From: Alphaproteobacteria bacterium
Lineage (GTDB): Bacteria > Pseudomonadota > Alphaproteobacteria > CALKHQ01
Length of the DNA stretch: 64,000 nt
Reading direction: 5' to 3'
Assembly: GCA_965227515.1 (NCBI GenBank)
Contig: CBDDFZ010000002.1
Location: forward strand, 1,344,001 to 1,408,000
Below are positions 1 through 9,226 of this stretch, in pieces. Numbering within the stretch: the stretch's first letter is position 1; the number at the start of each line of letters is the position of its first letter. A program made the translations under genes and the position numbers. The notes beneath the pieces are model-generated. The model saw nothing but the letters and a program-made list of their open reading frames with translations, was not told where the DNA came from and ran no database searches.

Positions 1-2
1 CC

Positions 3-626
3 GTCATCCTGAACAACACCCGGGCGGAAAAGTACCTGGTCACCATCTTCCTGATGCCGATGATGATGGCGCCGGTGATCGCCGGCACGGTCTGGTACTA
101 CCTCTTCAATGGCACCTTCGGCTGGTACCACTGGCTGTTCGAGAGCCTGGGCATCCTGGACGGGACGTCGATCCTGGGCAGCGCCGACACCGCGATGTTC
201 GGCATCGTCATTGTCGACGTGTGGCAGTGGACGCCGCTGATCACGCTGATCGTGCTGGCGGGCATGAAGCGGGTGCCGCAGGACCAGTCGGAGGCCAACA
301 TGGTCGACGGCGCGGGTCCGCTGCGCAACTTCTTCTCGATCACGCTGCCCAACCTCTACCCGTTCCTGCTGATCGCGATCCTGCTCCGGTTCATGGACAA
401 CTTCCGGTTCATCGACGCGATCATCGTGATGACCGGGCCGGGGCCGGCCGACAGCACCAAGATTCTGCCGATCTATCTGTTCGAGCAGTCCTTCATATCG
501 TTCAAGTTGGGGCGCGGCGCCGCGATCGCCTTCACGCTTCTACTCGTCACCATCATTCTGGGGCTGATCCTGGTGAAGGTGTTCGAGGATCCGAAGCAGA
601 AGTCCGAACGCGAGAGCGGGGCGTAG
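3..626 (+). CDS. Carbohydrate ABC transporter permease (5' truncated by window edge)
   Basis: Frame open from base 3; hydrophobic helices, DVWQWTPL and EAA-like loop (SEANMVDGAG); followed by a second permease and an ATPase. Confidence 0.9.
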   Translation, partial: VILNNTRAEKYLVTIFLMPMMMAPVIAGTVWYYLFNGTFGWYHWLFESLGILDGTSILGSADTAMFGIVIVDVWQWTPLITLIVLAGMKRVPQDQSEANMVDGAGPLRNFFSITLPNLYPFLLIAILLRFMDNFRFIDAIIVMTGPGPADSTKILPIYLFEQSFISFKLGRGAAIAFTLLLVTIILGLILVKVFEDPKQKSERESGA

Positions 627-632
627 ACGGCC

Positions 633-1514
633 ATGGCATCGCGCGACATCGTTCAATACCGCTCGCCGGGACGCACGGCGTTCAAGGTGTTCACCGTCAT
701 CTTCCTCACCGCCTTCGTGGTGTGGTCGCTGCTGCCCCTGTTCATCATGTTCGTGTCCTCGATCAAGGACCTGCTGGAGGCATTCCAGTTGCCGCGCGTC
801 GGCGACTGGGGCGACGCGCTGCCGACGTTCTTCAACTTCACGCCGACATTCGCGCACTACGAGAACCTGTTCGTCGACCAGGACTTCGGCGTCTACCTTG
901 TTAATTCGCTGGTGGCGGCGCTGGGCTCCGCGGCGATCTCGGTCACCCTCGGCGCGATGGCGGCTTACGCGCTCAGCCGGTGGGACTTCCGCGGCAAGAA
1001 GGACCTGTCGTTCTGGATCATCTCCACCCGCATGGCGCCAGTGGTGGCCGTGCTGGTGCCGCTGTTCTCCATCTTCCGCAGCCTGGACCTTGTCGGCACG
1101 CTGCCGGGTCTGATCCTGGCCTACACCACGTTCAACCTGCCGTTCGCGATCTGGATCCTGAAGGGGTTCTTCGACAACGTGCCCTACGCGGTGGAGGAGG
1201 CGGCGATGTGCGACGGGTGCAGCCGGCTGCGCGCCTTCGTCGCCATCCTGCCGCTGGCGGCACCTGGCATCGGCGCGTTCCTGGTGCTGTGCGTGCTGTT
1301 CGCCTGGAACGACTTCCTGTTCGCCTCGATCATCGGGTCGGGCAACGCCAAGACGCTGCCGGTCGCAACGCGCGGCCTGGTGCAACCGCAGAACATCCAA
1401 TGGGGCTCGATCATGGCGGCCGGCGTGGTGACAACGCTGCCCATGCTGCTGCTGGGCCTTCTGATCCGCCGCTATCTGGTGGCCGGACTGACCATGGGCG
1501 CGGTCCGTGAGTAG
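633..1514 (+). CDS. Carbohydrate ABC transporter permease (MalG-like)
   Basis: EEAAMCDGCS EAA motif, FAWNDFLFA, TM helices. Confidence 0.92.
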   Translation: MASRDIVQYRSPGRTAFKVFTVIFLTAFVVWSLLPLFIMFVSSIKDLLEAFQLPRVGDWGDALPTFFNFTPTFAHYENLFVDQDFGVYLVNSLVAALGSAAISVTLGAMAAYALSRWDFRGKKDLSFWIISTRMAPVVAVLVPLFSIFRSLDLVGTLPGLILAYTTFNLPFAIWILKGFFDNVPYAVEEAAMCDGCSRLRAFVAILPLAAPGIGAFLVLCVLFAWNDFLFASIIGSGNAKTLPVATRGLVQPQNIQWGSIMAAGVVTTLPMLLLGLLIRRYLVAGLTMGAVRE

Positions 1515-1549
1515 CCGGACAACGCGCACAGGCACGAGAGCGATACGCA

Positions 1550-2647
1550 ATGGCTGAAATCAGGATCGAAAACGTCTGGAAGCTGTACGGCAAGACCGAG
1601 GCGGTGAAGGACCTCAACCTCGTTTGCGCCGATGGCGAGTTCCTGTCGGTCCTGGGGCCGTCCGGCTGCGGCAAGTCGTCGACGCTGCGCATGCTGGCGG
1701 GCCTGGAGCACATCTCCGCCGGCGACGTCTATTTCGGCGACACGCGGGTCAACGACCTGCCGCCGAAGGACCGCGACATCGCGATGGTGTTCGAGAACTA
1801 CGCGCTCTATCCGCACAAGACGGTCTACAACAACATTGCCAACGCCCTGAAGCTGCGCAGGATGAGCCAGTCGGAGATCGACAGCCGCGTGCAGCAGGCC
1901 GCCAAGATGCTGGAGATCGGGCATCTGCTGAACCGGCGCCCGATGGAGCTGTCGGGCGGCCAGAAGCAGCGGGTGGCCATCGGCCGGGCGATCGTGCGCG
2001 AGCCGAAGCTGTTCCTGTTCGATGAGCCGATCGCCCACCTGGACGCCAAGCTGCGCGCACATATGCGCGGCGAACTGAAGTACATGCAGCGCCGCCTGGG
2101 TACGTCGATGGTCTATGTCACCCACGATCAGCTCGAGGCCTTGTCGATGGCCGACAAGATCGCGGTGATGCACGAGGGCGTGCTGCAGCAGTTCGGCACC
2201 CCGGACGAGATCTACAACCACCCGACCAATGAGTGGGTGGCCGGGTTCGTCGGCGAGCCGCCGATGAACTTCCTGGATTGCGGTCTGGAGCGTGTCGACG
2301 GCTGCCTGCACATGACCCATCCGTCGTTCAGGCTGCCGCTGACCGACGAGCAGGAAAAGACGATGGAAGGCGCCGGCGATATCTCGGCCGTGCGCATGGG
2401 CGTGCGCCCCGACGACGTTGCGATCGCCATGCAGCCGGAGGGCAACCGCAGCGCCCAGGCGTCGATCTTCGTGACCGAGCCGATCGGTGGCGACACCCTG
2501 GTCGATACTCAGTTCGGCGATGGCGCGCGCATGCTGGTCAAGACGCGCGCCGGTTTCGCCGGCGCGATCGGCGACCCGTGCCACCTGACCATCAACACCG
2601 CGCGCTGGCATGCTTTTTCCGCCACCAGCGGCGAGGCGTATTTTTGA
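1550..2647 (+). CDS. Sugar ABC transporter ATP-binding protein (MalK/UgpC-like)
   Basis: Walker A GPSGCGKS, signature LSGGQKQR, Walker B LFLFDEP, VTHDQ. Confidence 0.95.
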   Translation: MAEIRIENVWKLYGKTEAVKDLNLVCADGEFLSVLGPSGCGKSSTLRMLAGLEHISAGDVYFGDTRVNDLPPKDRDIAMVFENYALYPHKTVYNNIANALKLRRMSQSEIDSRVQQAAKMLEIGHLLNRRPMELSGGQKQRVAIGRAIVREPKLFLFDEPIAHLDAKLRAHMRGELKYMQRRLGTSMVYVTHDQLEALSMADKIAVMHEGVLQQFGTPDEIYNHPTNEWVAGFVGEPPMNFLDCGLERVDGCLHMTHPSFRLPLTDEQEKTMEGAGDISAVRMGVRPDDVAIAMQPEGNRSAQASIFVTEPIGGDTLVDTQFGDGARMLVKTRAGFAGAIGDPCHLTINTARWHAFSATSGEAYF

Positions 2648-2794
2648 TACCGGCTGCGAACCGAGCGCTCTTGCGGCGGCAAGGCGCTCGGATAGACTGA
2701 CGGAAACTGCCCGCGGCGGGCCCGCCCAGCCGCACCGAATACCGTTGCCCATTGGCAAATCGTTGCCCAAAGACACCGATAGGGGAGAGCGCCC

Positions 2795-3769
2795 ATGTTG
2801 CAATTGAACCGGGACGAGCTGATCCAGGCCTATACCCGAATGAAGACCATCCGCGACTTCGAGGAGCGGCTGCACGTCGAGTTCGGCAATGGCGAGATTC
2901 CGGGTTTCGTCCACCTCTATGCCGGCGAGGAAGCCAGCGGTGTCGGCATGTGCCAGCACCTGAAGGAAGAGATCGACTACATCGCCAGCACCCACCGCGG
3001 CCACGGCCACTGCATCGCCAAGGGCTGCGACGTGAATGGGATGATGCGCGAGATCTTCGGCAAGTCGGGCGGTCTTTGCAACGGCAAGGGCGGCTCCATG
3101 CACATCGCCGATCTTGAGAAGGGCATGATGGGTGCGAACGGCATCGTCGGTGGCGGCCCGCCGCTGATCTGCGGTGCGGCGCTGTCGGCCAAGACGCTCG
3201 GCACGGGCGGCGTTGCGGTGGCGTTCGTCGGCGATGGCGGCTCCAATCAGGGCACGACCTTTGAGGCGATGAACCTGGCGACGGTCTGGAAGCTGCCGGC
3301 GATCTTCGTGTTCGAGAACAACGGCTATGCCGAGGCGACGCCGTCCACATGGTCGGTCGGTTGCGGCGACATCGTCGAGCGGGCCAAGGGCTTCGGCATG
3401 CCGGGCGTGCAGGTCAATGGCTTCGACTTCTTCGAGGTGCACGAGGCAGCCGGCGAGGCGGTGGAGCGCGCGCGCAACGGCGAGGGTCCGACCCTGATGG
3501 AGGTCAAGCTGACCCGTTTCTTCGGCCACTTCGAAGGCGACGCGATGACCTATCGCGGCAAGGGCGAGGTCGAAAAGCTGCGCGCGGAGAAGGACTGCCT
3601 CCAGATCTTCCGCAAGCGGGTGACCGAAACCGGTCTGCTGGAGGCCAAGGTGATGGACGACATCGATGCCGAGGTCGCCAAGCTGATCGAGGATTCGGTG
3701 GTCGACGCCAAGTCGGCGCCGTATCCGGACGACGCGGAGCTGATGACCGACGTCTACATCTCCTATTAG
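2795..3769 (+). CDS. acoA: Acetoin dehydrogenase E1 alpha subunit (TPP-dependent)
   Basis: GFVHLYAGEEA, THRGHGH, GDGGSNQG...ENN TPP motif, GHFEGD; RBS GGGGAG. Confidence 0.88.
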   Translation: MLQLNRDELIQAYTRMKTIRDFEERLHVEFGNGEIPGFVHLYAGEEASGVGMCQHLKEEIDYIASTHRGHGHCIAKGCDVNGMMREIFGKSGGLCNGKGGSMHIADLEKGMMGANGIVGGGPPLICGAALSAKTLGTGGVAVAFVGDGGSNQGTTFEAMNLATVWKLPAIFVFENNGYAEATPSTWSVGCGDIVERAKGFGMPGVQVNGFDFFEVHEAAGEAVERARNGEGPTLMEVKLTRFFGHFEGDAMTYRGKGEVEKLRAEKDCLQIFRKRVTETGLLEAKVMDDIDAEVAKLIEDSVVDAKSAPYPDDAELMTDVYISY

Positions 3770-3874
3770 TCCCGGCCGCGCGGCGGGACGTGCCCGCCGC
3801 CAGCACCGGCCATCTTTCAACGGTCCCGCGAGACCGATGGCAGACATGCCAATTGCGAATTCAGGAGTACAGTC

Positions 3875-4891
3875 ATGGCAAGATCATTGTCGTTCCGTGG
3901 CGCGATCAACGAGGCGCTGGCCCAGGAGATGGAGCGCGACCAGCGCGTCATTCTGATGGGCGAGGACATTTCCGGCGGCACCGAAGCGCCGGGTGAGCAG
4001 GATGCCTGGGGCGGCCCGCTGGGTGTGACCAAGGGCCTGCATCCGAAGTTCGGCCCGACCCGCGTGCTCGACACGCCGATCAGTGAATCGGCATTCGTCG
4101 GTGCCGCGGTCGGAGCCGCCACCTCGGGCCTGCGCCCGGTCGCCGAGCTGATGTTCGTTGACTTCATGGGGGTCTGCTTCGACCAGATCTTCAACCAGGC
4201 CGCCAAGTTCCGGTATATGTTCGGCGGCAAGGCGACCACGCCGGTGGTCATCCGCTGCATGATCGGCGCCGGTTTCCGTGCCGCCGCCCAGCACTCGCAG
4301 TGCCTGTATCCGCTGTTCACCCACATTCCGGGCCTGAAGTGCATCGTGCCCTCGTCGCCGTACGAGGCGAAGGGCCTGCTGACCGCCGCGATCCGCGACG
4401 ACGACCCGGTGATGTTCTTCGAGCACAAGCTGCTCTACGACGTTGAGGAGGACGTGCCGGAGGACCCCTACACGATCCCGCTCGGCGAGGCGAACGTGGT
4501 GCGCGACGGCAGCGACGTGACCATCGTGACCCTCGGCCGCATGGTCGGCCTGGCGAAAGAGGCGGCGGACGCCTGCGCCAAGGACGGCATCGAGTGCGAG
4601 GTGATCGACCTGCGCACCACCTCGCCGCTGGACGAGGACACCATCCTGGAGAGCGTGGAGAACACGGGCCGCCTGGTGGTGGTGGACGAGGCGCACCCGC
4701 GCTGCAACATCGCGACCGACGTTTCCGCCCTGGTGGCGCAAGAGGCGTTCGACGCGCTGGAAGCGCCGATCAAGATGGTCTCGGCGCCGCACGTGCCGGT
4801 GCCGTTCTCGCCGGCGCTGGAGGATCTCTACATCCCCAGTTCCGACACCATCGCGAGCGCCGTGCGCTCGGTGGCCGGCAAGGGCAACTAG
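3875..4891 (+). CDS. acoB: Acetoin dehydrogenase E1 beta subunit
   Basis: DAWGGPLGVTKGL, DTPISE, AAAQHSQ, FFEHK; lies between acoA and acoC. Confidence 0.88.
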   Translation: MARSLSFRGAINEALAQEMERDQRVILMGEDISGGTEAPGEQDAWGGPLGVTKGLHPKFGPTRVLDTPISESAFVGAAVGAATSGLRPVAELMFVDFMGVCFDQIFNQAAKFRYMFGGKATTPVVIRCMIGAGFRAAAQHSQCLYPLFTHIPGLKCIVPSSPYEAKGLLTAAIRDDDPVMFFEHKLLYDVEEDVPEDPYTIPLGEANVVRDGSDVTIVTLGRMVGLAKEAADACAKDGIECEVIDLRTTSPLDEDTILESVENTGRLVVVDEAHPRCNIATDVSALVAQEAFDALEAPIKMVSAPHVPVPFSPALEDLYIPSSDTIASAVRSVAGKGN

Positions 4892-5005
4892 GCCAGCCTA
4901 GGTACACGCCGGAGGCGGGACTGGCCGCCTCCGGTCATGACTTGACAGCAGATTGACTGGCGGCCACGGGCCGCGAGCCGCTTTCGTGCGGCAAGGAGGG
5001 ACACG

Positions 5006-6121
5006 ATGAGCGACGCGATCCAAGCAGTGGTGATGCCGAAGTGGGGCCTGGCGATGCAGGAAGGCGTCCTGACCGAGTGGCATATCGCGGAAGGTGACAG
5101 CATCAGCCCGGGCCAGGAAATCTGCGAGATCGAAACCAGCAAGATCGCCAACGCCATGGAGGCGACGATCAAGGGCACCGTGCAGCGGCTGGTGGCCGAG
5201 CCCGGCAAAACCCTGCCGGTCGGCGCGCTGCTGGCTGTGGTGGTCGACGGGTCCGCCGATGACGGCGATATCGACGCCTTCGTCGCCAAGTTCGAGGAAG
5301 AGTTCGCCGAGATGATGGCGGCGGCCGAGGCCGCGGCGCCGAAGGCGGCCAGCGTGGAGATCGACGGCCGCAAGATCAACTATCTGCAGATGGGCCAGGA
5401 AGGTGTGCCGGTGGTGTTCATCCACGGCTATGGCGGCGACCTGAACAACTGGATGTTCAACCAGCCCGAGCTGGTGGAGAAGGCGCAGACCTATGCGCTG
5501 GACCTGCCGGGCCACGGCGCGTCGTCGAAGGACGTCGGCGACGGCTCAATGGCGATGATGGTGGCGACGGTGAAGGGCTTCCTAGAAGCGCTCGACCTGA
5601 CCGGCGCGCATCTGGTCGGCCACTCCATGGGCGGAGCCGTGGCCATCGGCGTCGCGGCGGAGGCGGGCGACCGCGTGGCCTCGCTGACCCTGGTCAGCCC
5701 GGCCGGCCTCGGGTCCGACATCAACATGGACTACATCAACGGCTTCATCGGCGCCGCGCGCCGCAAGGACATGAAGCCGGTGCTGTCCATGCTGTTCGCC
5801 GACGCTGACCTGGTCAGCCGCGACATGGTCAACGAGGTGCTGAAGTTCAAGCGCCTGGACGGCGTGGAGGCGGCGCTGACCGCCATTCGCGACAGCATCT
5901 TCGCCGGCGGCGCCCAGGCCGACCAGGTGCGCGACAAGCTGGAGGGCCTGTCGATCCCGGTCACCATCATCTGGGGCGCGGAGGACAAGATCCTGCCGCC
6001 AAGCCACGCCGATGGCATCGGCGGCTCGGCGAAGGTCGACAAGAAGCCGAACGTCGGCCACATGGCGCACATGGAAGTCGCCTCCGACGTCACCAAGGCG
6101 ATCGAGGCGCAACTGGGGTAG
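5006..6121 (+). CDS. acoC: Acetoin dehydrogenase E2 (lipoyl domain fused to alpha/beta hydrolase)
   Basis: MPKWGL start, lipoyl-Lys ETSKI, IHGYGG, GHSMGG nucleophile elbow, GHMAH. Confidence 0.88.
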   Translation: MSDAIQAVVMPKWGLAMQEGVLTEWHIAEGDSISPGQEICEIETSKIANAMEATIKGTVQRLVAEPGKTLPVGALLAVVVDGSADDGDIDAFVAKFEEEFAEMMAAAEAAAPKAASVEIDGRKINYLQMGQEGVPVVFIHGYGGDLNNWMFNQPELVEKAQTYALDLPGHGASSKDVGDGSMAMMVATVKGFLEALDLTGAHLVGHSMGGAVAIGVAAEAGDRVASLTLVSPAGLGSDINMDYINGFIGAARRKDMKPVLSMLFADADLVSRDMVNEVLKFKRLDGVEAALTAIRDSIFAGGAQADQVRDKLEGLSIPVTIIWGAEDKILPPSHADGIGGSAKVDKKPNVGHMAHMEVASDVTKAIEAQLG

Positions 6122-6153
6122 GGCGGCGGGCGCAGGTAGCCCGCAGTTGGTAG

Positions 6154-6921
6154 CTAAGCCTCGGGGGGCTGGCCGCGCAACGACGGCAGCCCCACGCCGG
6201 TGCTCTCGAACCCGCCGTCGGCGGCGATGACTTGGCCGGTGATGTAGCTCGCCTTCTCTGAGCACAAGAAGGCGATCAGGCCGGCGATCTCCTCCTCGCT
6301 GCCATAGCGGTTCAGCGGGATCGCGTCGTGGTAGGCGGCCACGATGTCGGGGGTGTGGACCGCCATGGCGAGCTTGGTGCGCACCGGTCCCGGCGCCACG
6401 CAATTGGCGCGGATGCCATACTCGCCCAGCTCCGCCGCCTGCTGCCGGGTGAGTTGCATCACGGCGGCCTTGGACGTGCCGTAGGCAGTGCGCAGGGTCG
6501 AGGCACGCAGGCCGGAAATGCTGGCGATGTTGACGATACAGCCGCGCGACGCCTTCAGCGCCGGCAGGGCCGCCTGCGCGCACAGGAACACACCGTCCAG
6601 ATTGGTCGCCATCACCGTGCGCCAGCGCTGGAAATCGGTCTCCTCGATCGGCCCGAAGTCGGCGACGCCGGCATTGTTCACCAGATGGTCGATGCGCCCA
6701 AACGCAGCCTCGGTCGCGCGCACGATCTCATCGACCTGATCGGGGATCGAAACGTCGAGCGGCAGCGGGAGGACATTCGCCAGGCCCGCTGAGGCCTCGT
6801 CCAATGCCGGCTTGTCGCGGTCCACCATCGCGACGGCCACGCCCTCGGCCAGCAGCAGCTTGGTGGTAGCAAGCCCGATGCCGCGCGCGGCCCCGGTGAC
6901 GATGGCGACCCGTTCCGGCAT
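6154..6921 (-). CDS. Short-chain dehydrogenase/reductase (SDR)
   Basis: TGAARGIG, NNAG, YGTSK (YxxxK), DGG near C-terminus. Confidence 0.93.
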   Translation of the reverse strand: MPERVAIVTGAARGIGLATTKLLLAEGVAVAMVDRDKPALDEASAGLANVLPLPLDVSIPDQVDEIVRATEAAFGRIDHLVNNAGVADFGPIEETDFQRWRTVMATNLDGVFLCAQAALPALKASRGCIVNIASISGLRASTLRTAYGTSKAAVMQLTRQQAAELGEYGIRANCVAPGPVRTKLAMAVHTPDIVAAYHDAIPLNRYGSEEEIAGLIAFLCSEKASYITGQVIAADGGFESTGVGLPSLRGQPPEA

Positions 6922-7055
6922 ATGATGGGTTCCCTGAGAGTCCTTGGTTATGCGATGCCCATACTAGCCGTTACCGTTTCCAACGTCGTGCTGAGCAAGA
7001 TTGAAGTGGAAAACGTGGAGATTTCCTCCTATTTGGAGGAAAGGAGGAATTTTTG

Positions 7056-7319
7056 ATGCCGCTCAACATCAAGGACGAAGCTGTCACGGAGCAGGCACGG
7101 CGCCTTGCCAAGCTGACTGGCCAGTCCATTACCGCGGCAGTCCGCGAAGCCGTGGCCAATCGATTGCGGGAGATCGAGCGTGCCAGTGCACAGGTCGCGC
7201 CACCACGCACGCCTGAACGCCTGCTGGCAATGGCGCGAGAGATCGCCGCGCAAATGCCAAGCGATGCGCATTCCGCCGATCACGCCGATCTGTATGGCGA
7301 GGACGGGCTTCCGGAATGA
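7056..7319 (+). CDS. vapB: VapB-family antitoxin
   Basis: MPLNIKD...ARRLAKLTGQSITAAV...LYGEDGLP pattern; strong RBS AGGAGG; ATGA overlap with the toxin gene. Confidence 0.85.
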   Translation: MPLNIKDEAVTEQARRLAKLTGQSITAAVREAVANRLREIERASAQVAPPRTPERLLAMAREIAAQMPSDAHSADHADLYGEDGLPE

Positions 7320-7711
7320 TCGTCGATGCGTCGGCGCTGCTTGCGGTGCTGTTGGACGAGCCTGAGGCCCCCGCATTCGCGGCGGCGATCTGCGATGCCG
7401 ATCCGGCAGCGATTTCGGTGGTGAACTACCTCGAGGTCGCGATCCGGATCGACCGACAGGATAGCGTGACGCTGACGCAGAAATTCGACCGGTTCATCGA
7501 GTTCAGCGGCATCGGGTTGCGCCCGGTCTCGGTGTCGCAGACCCGCATCGCGCGCCAAGCCTATGCCGAATTCGGCAAGGGCCGGCATCGTGCGGGGCTG
7601 AATTTCGGTGATTGTTTCGCCTATGCGTTGGCGAAAGAAGCCGGCGATACGCTGCTGTTCAAGGGCGCGGACTTCATCCACACAGACCTTCGACCCGCAA
7701 TTCAGGTCTGA
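7316..7711 (+). CDS. vapC: VapC PIN-domain toxin
   Basis: MIVDASA, E in NYLE, GLNFGDCFAYALA, LLFKGADF. Confidence 0.92.
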   Translation: MIVDASALLAVLLDEPEAPAFAAAICDADPAAISVVNYLEVAIRIDRQDSVTLTQKFDRFIEFSGIGLRPVSVSQTRIARQAYAEFGKGRHRAGLNFGDCFAYALAKEAGDTLLFKGADFIHTDLRPAIQV

Positions 7712-7720
7712 GGCCTGGGA

Positions 7721-8188
7721 CTACTCCGCCGCGGCGCGGTCGGGCTCGGTGAGGAGGTCGAAGATCATCGAGGCGCTGCCGGCGGCGCGTATCTTCGAGC
7801 AGAGTTCGGCATTGCGCATGGATCGGGCGACCCGGGCCAGCGCCTTCAGGTGGTCGGCACCTTCGCCGGCGGGCGCCAGCATCAGGAAGATCAGGTCGAC
7901 CGGCTGGTCGTCCGGCGCGTCGAACGGAATCGGGTCGGCCAGTTGCGCGAACACCGCATAGATGCGGTCGATACCCTCGGGCCGCGCATGCGGGATCGCC
8001 ACGCCGTGGCCCACCGCCGTCGAGCCCAAACGCTCCCGCTCGGTCAGCATGTCGAACACCATCCGGTCGGTGGCGCCGCTCTGGCGCGCCGCAACTTTCG
8101 ACAGGTGCTGAAAAGCCTGTTTCTTGCTGGAAACATCCAGCCCGACCACCACGGCCTGCGGGCTCGTCAGCAAATCACGCATTTCCAT
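7721..8188 (-). CDS. ptsN: PTS IIA-like nitrogen regulatory protein
   Basis: RERLGSTAVGHGVAIPHAR, DAPDDQPVDL; downstream of rpoN-hpf. Confidence 0.93.
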   Translation of the reverse strand: MEMRDLLTSPQAVVVGLDVSSKKQAFQHLSKVAARQSGATDRMVFDMLTERERLGSTAVGHGVAIPHARPEGIDRIYAVFAQLADPIPFDAPDDQPVDLIFLMLAPAGEGADHLKALARVARSMRNAELCSKIRAAGSASMIFDLLTEPDRAAAE

Positions 8189-8241
8189 AGATCCCAACCT
8201 TGCTTCGTCTTGAACGGACGGTCACGCGGCGTTCGAGCGCC

Positions 8242-8829
8242 TTATTGCGTGTCCCCGCCCGGATCGATCCATCCGATGTTGCCGTCGTCGCGGCGATACA
8301 CGACGTTGAGACCGCCGTGCTTGGCGTTGAGGAAGACCAGCGCCGGCTGGTCGGCGAGGTCCAGGCGCATCACCGCGGCCATCGGGCTCAGTGTCGCCAG
8401 TTCCGCGGGCTGTTCCGCGATCACCGCTGGGGCGTCGCCCTGCGGTGCCATGTCGTCTTCGTCGTCGTCGTCTTGGGGCGACGCCACGACGTAGTGCTGG
8501 CCGCTGCGCCGCACATCGGCCCCGTCGTTCGACTTGTGATGGTCTTTCAGGCGCCGCTTGTGGCGGCGCAGGCGCTTGGCCAGCCGCTCGATCGCCTGGT
8601 CCGCGGCGGCATAGGCATCTGGCGCCTCGGCATGGCTGCGCATCAGAATGCCACGCGCGGCGTGAACGGAGATGTCGGCGGTAAACGCGCCACCCTGGCG
8701 CCCCATCACCACGTTCGCTTCCAGGGCACGGTCGAAGTACTTGGTAACGCCGGCCTCCACATGCTCGGTGATGTGCGCGCGCAAGGCATCGCCGATATCG
8801 ATGTGCTGTCCGGATACGTCAATCCGCAT
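8242..8829 (-). CDS. hpf: Ribosome hibernation promoting factor, long form
   Basis: MRIDVSGQHIDIGDALR, C-terminal LNVVYRRDDGNIGWIDP. Confidence 0.93.
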   Translation of the reverse strand: MRIDVSGQHIDIGDALRAHITEHVEAGVTKYFDRALEANVVMGRQGGAFTADISVHAARGILMRSHAEAPDAYAAADQAIERLAKRLRRHKRRLKDHHKSNDGADVRRSGQHYVVASPQDDDDEDDMAPQGDAPAVIAEQPAELATLSPMAAVMRLDLADQPALVFLNAKHGGLNVVYRRDDGNIGWIDPGGDTQ

Positions 8830-9030
8830 GGGTGCACGGGCTCTTGTGGTCAGGTCGTCGGGCGTGTGGCATCAGGGTTCCGATCGCATTGCCTCAGACA
8901 TCTGCACCGAACCTCAGCGTACGCGCAGTTGCCGCCTTGGGCTAGATCAACGTCGGCTTGCGCTGATTCCGCGCCCGCCGTTCCCCCTTTCGGTTCCGGC
9001 ACCTTGTGTGCGGTGCCGCGAAGGGGGCGG

Positions 9031-9059
9031 AACTTATGCTTGTGACGGTTCGATGTCAA
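9031..9059 (-). promoter_or_regulatory. Putative sigma70 promoter for hpf-ptsN
   Basis: Minus strand TTGACA-N17-TAAGTT. Confidence 0.6.
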
Positions 9060-9122
9060 ACCCCTGGACGTGCACAAATCGCGCCAGAGAACGGGGCTTG
9101 AGCATGATCATTTCAGTCGGCA

Positions 9123-9192
9123 CCAGCCCTCTCCCCCACCCGGCCACCCAGCAGGATACTCTCGTGGGTGGCCGGGTGGGGGAGAGGGCTGG
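9123..9192. repeat. 28-bp perfect inverted repeat (CCCTCTCCC-type palindromic element), possible rpoN terminator or mRNA stabiliser
   Basis: ccagccctctcccccacccggccaccca (9123-9150) and its exact reverse complement (9165-9192), 14-nt loop. Confidence 0.85.
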
Positions 9193-9226
9193 CGCAGACT
9201 TCAGCGTAAGCTGATCCCAATATAGC

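Noticed and set aside
2752-2767. TTGGCAAATCGTTGC as a sigma54 promoter for acoA
   Set aside because: GG to GC spacing is 9 nt rather than the required 10
5006-6121. Lipoyl domain fused to an alpha/beta hydrolase instead of a classical E2 core
   Set aside because: This is the known AcoC architecture in proteobacterial acetoin dehydrogenase systems
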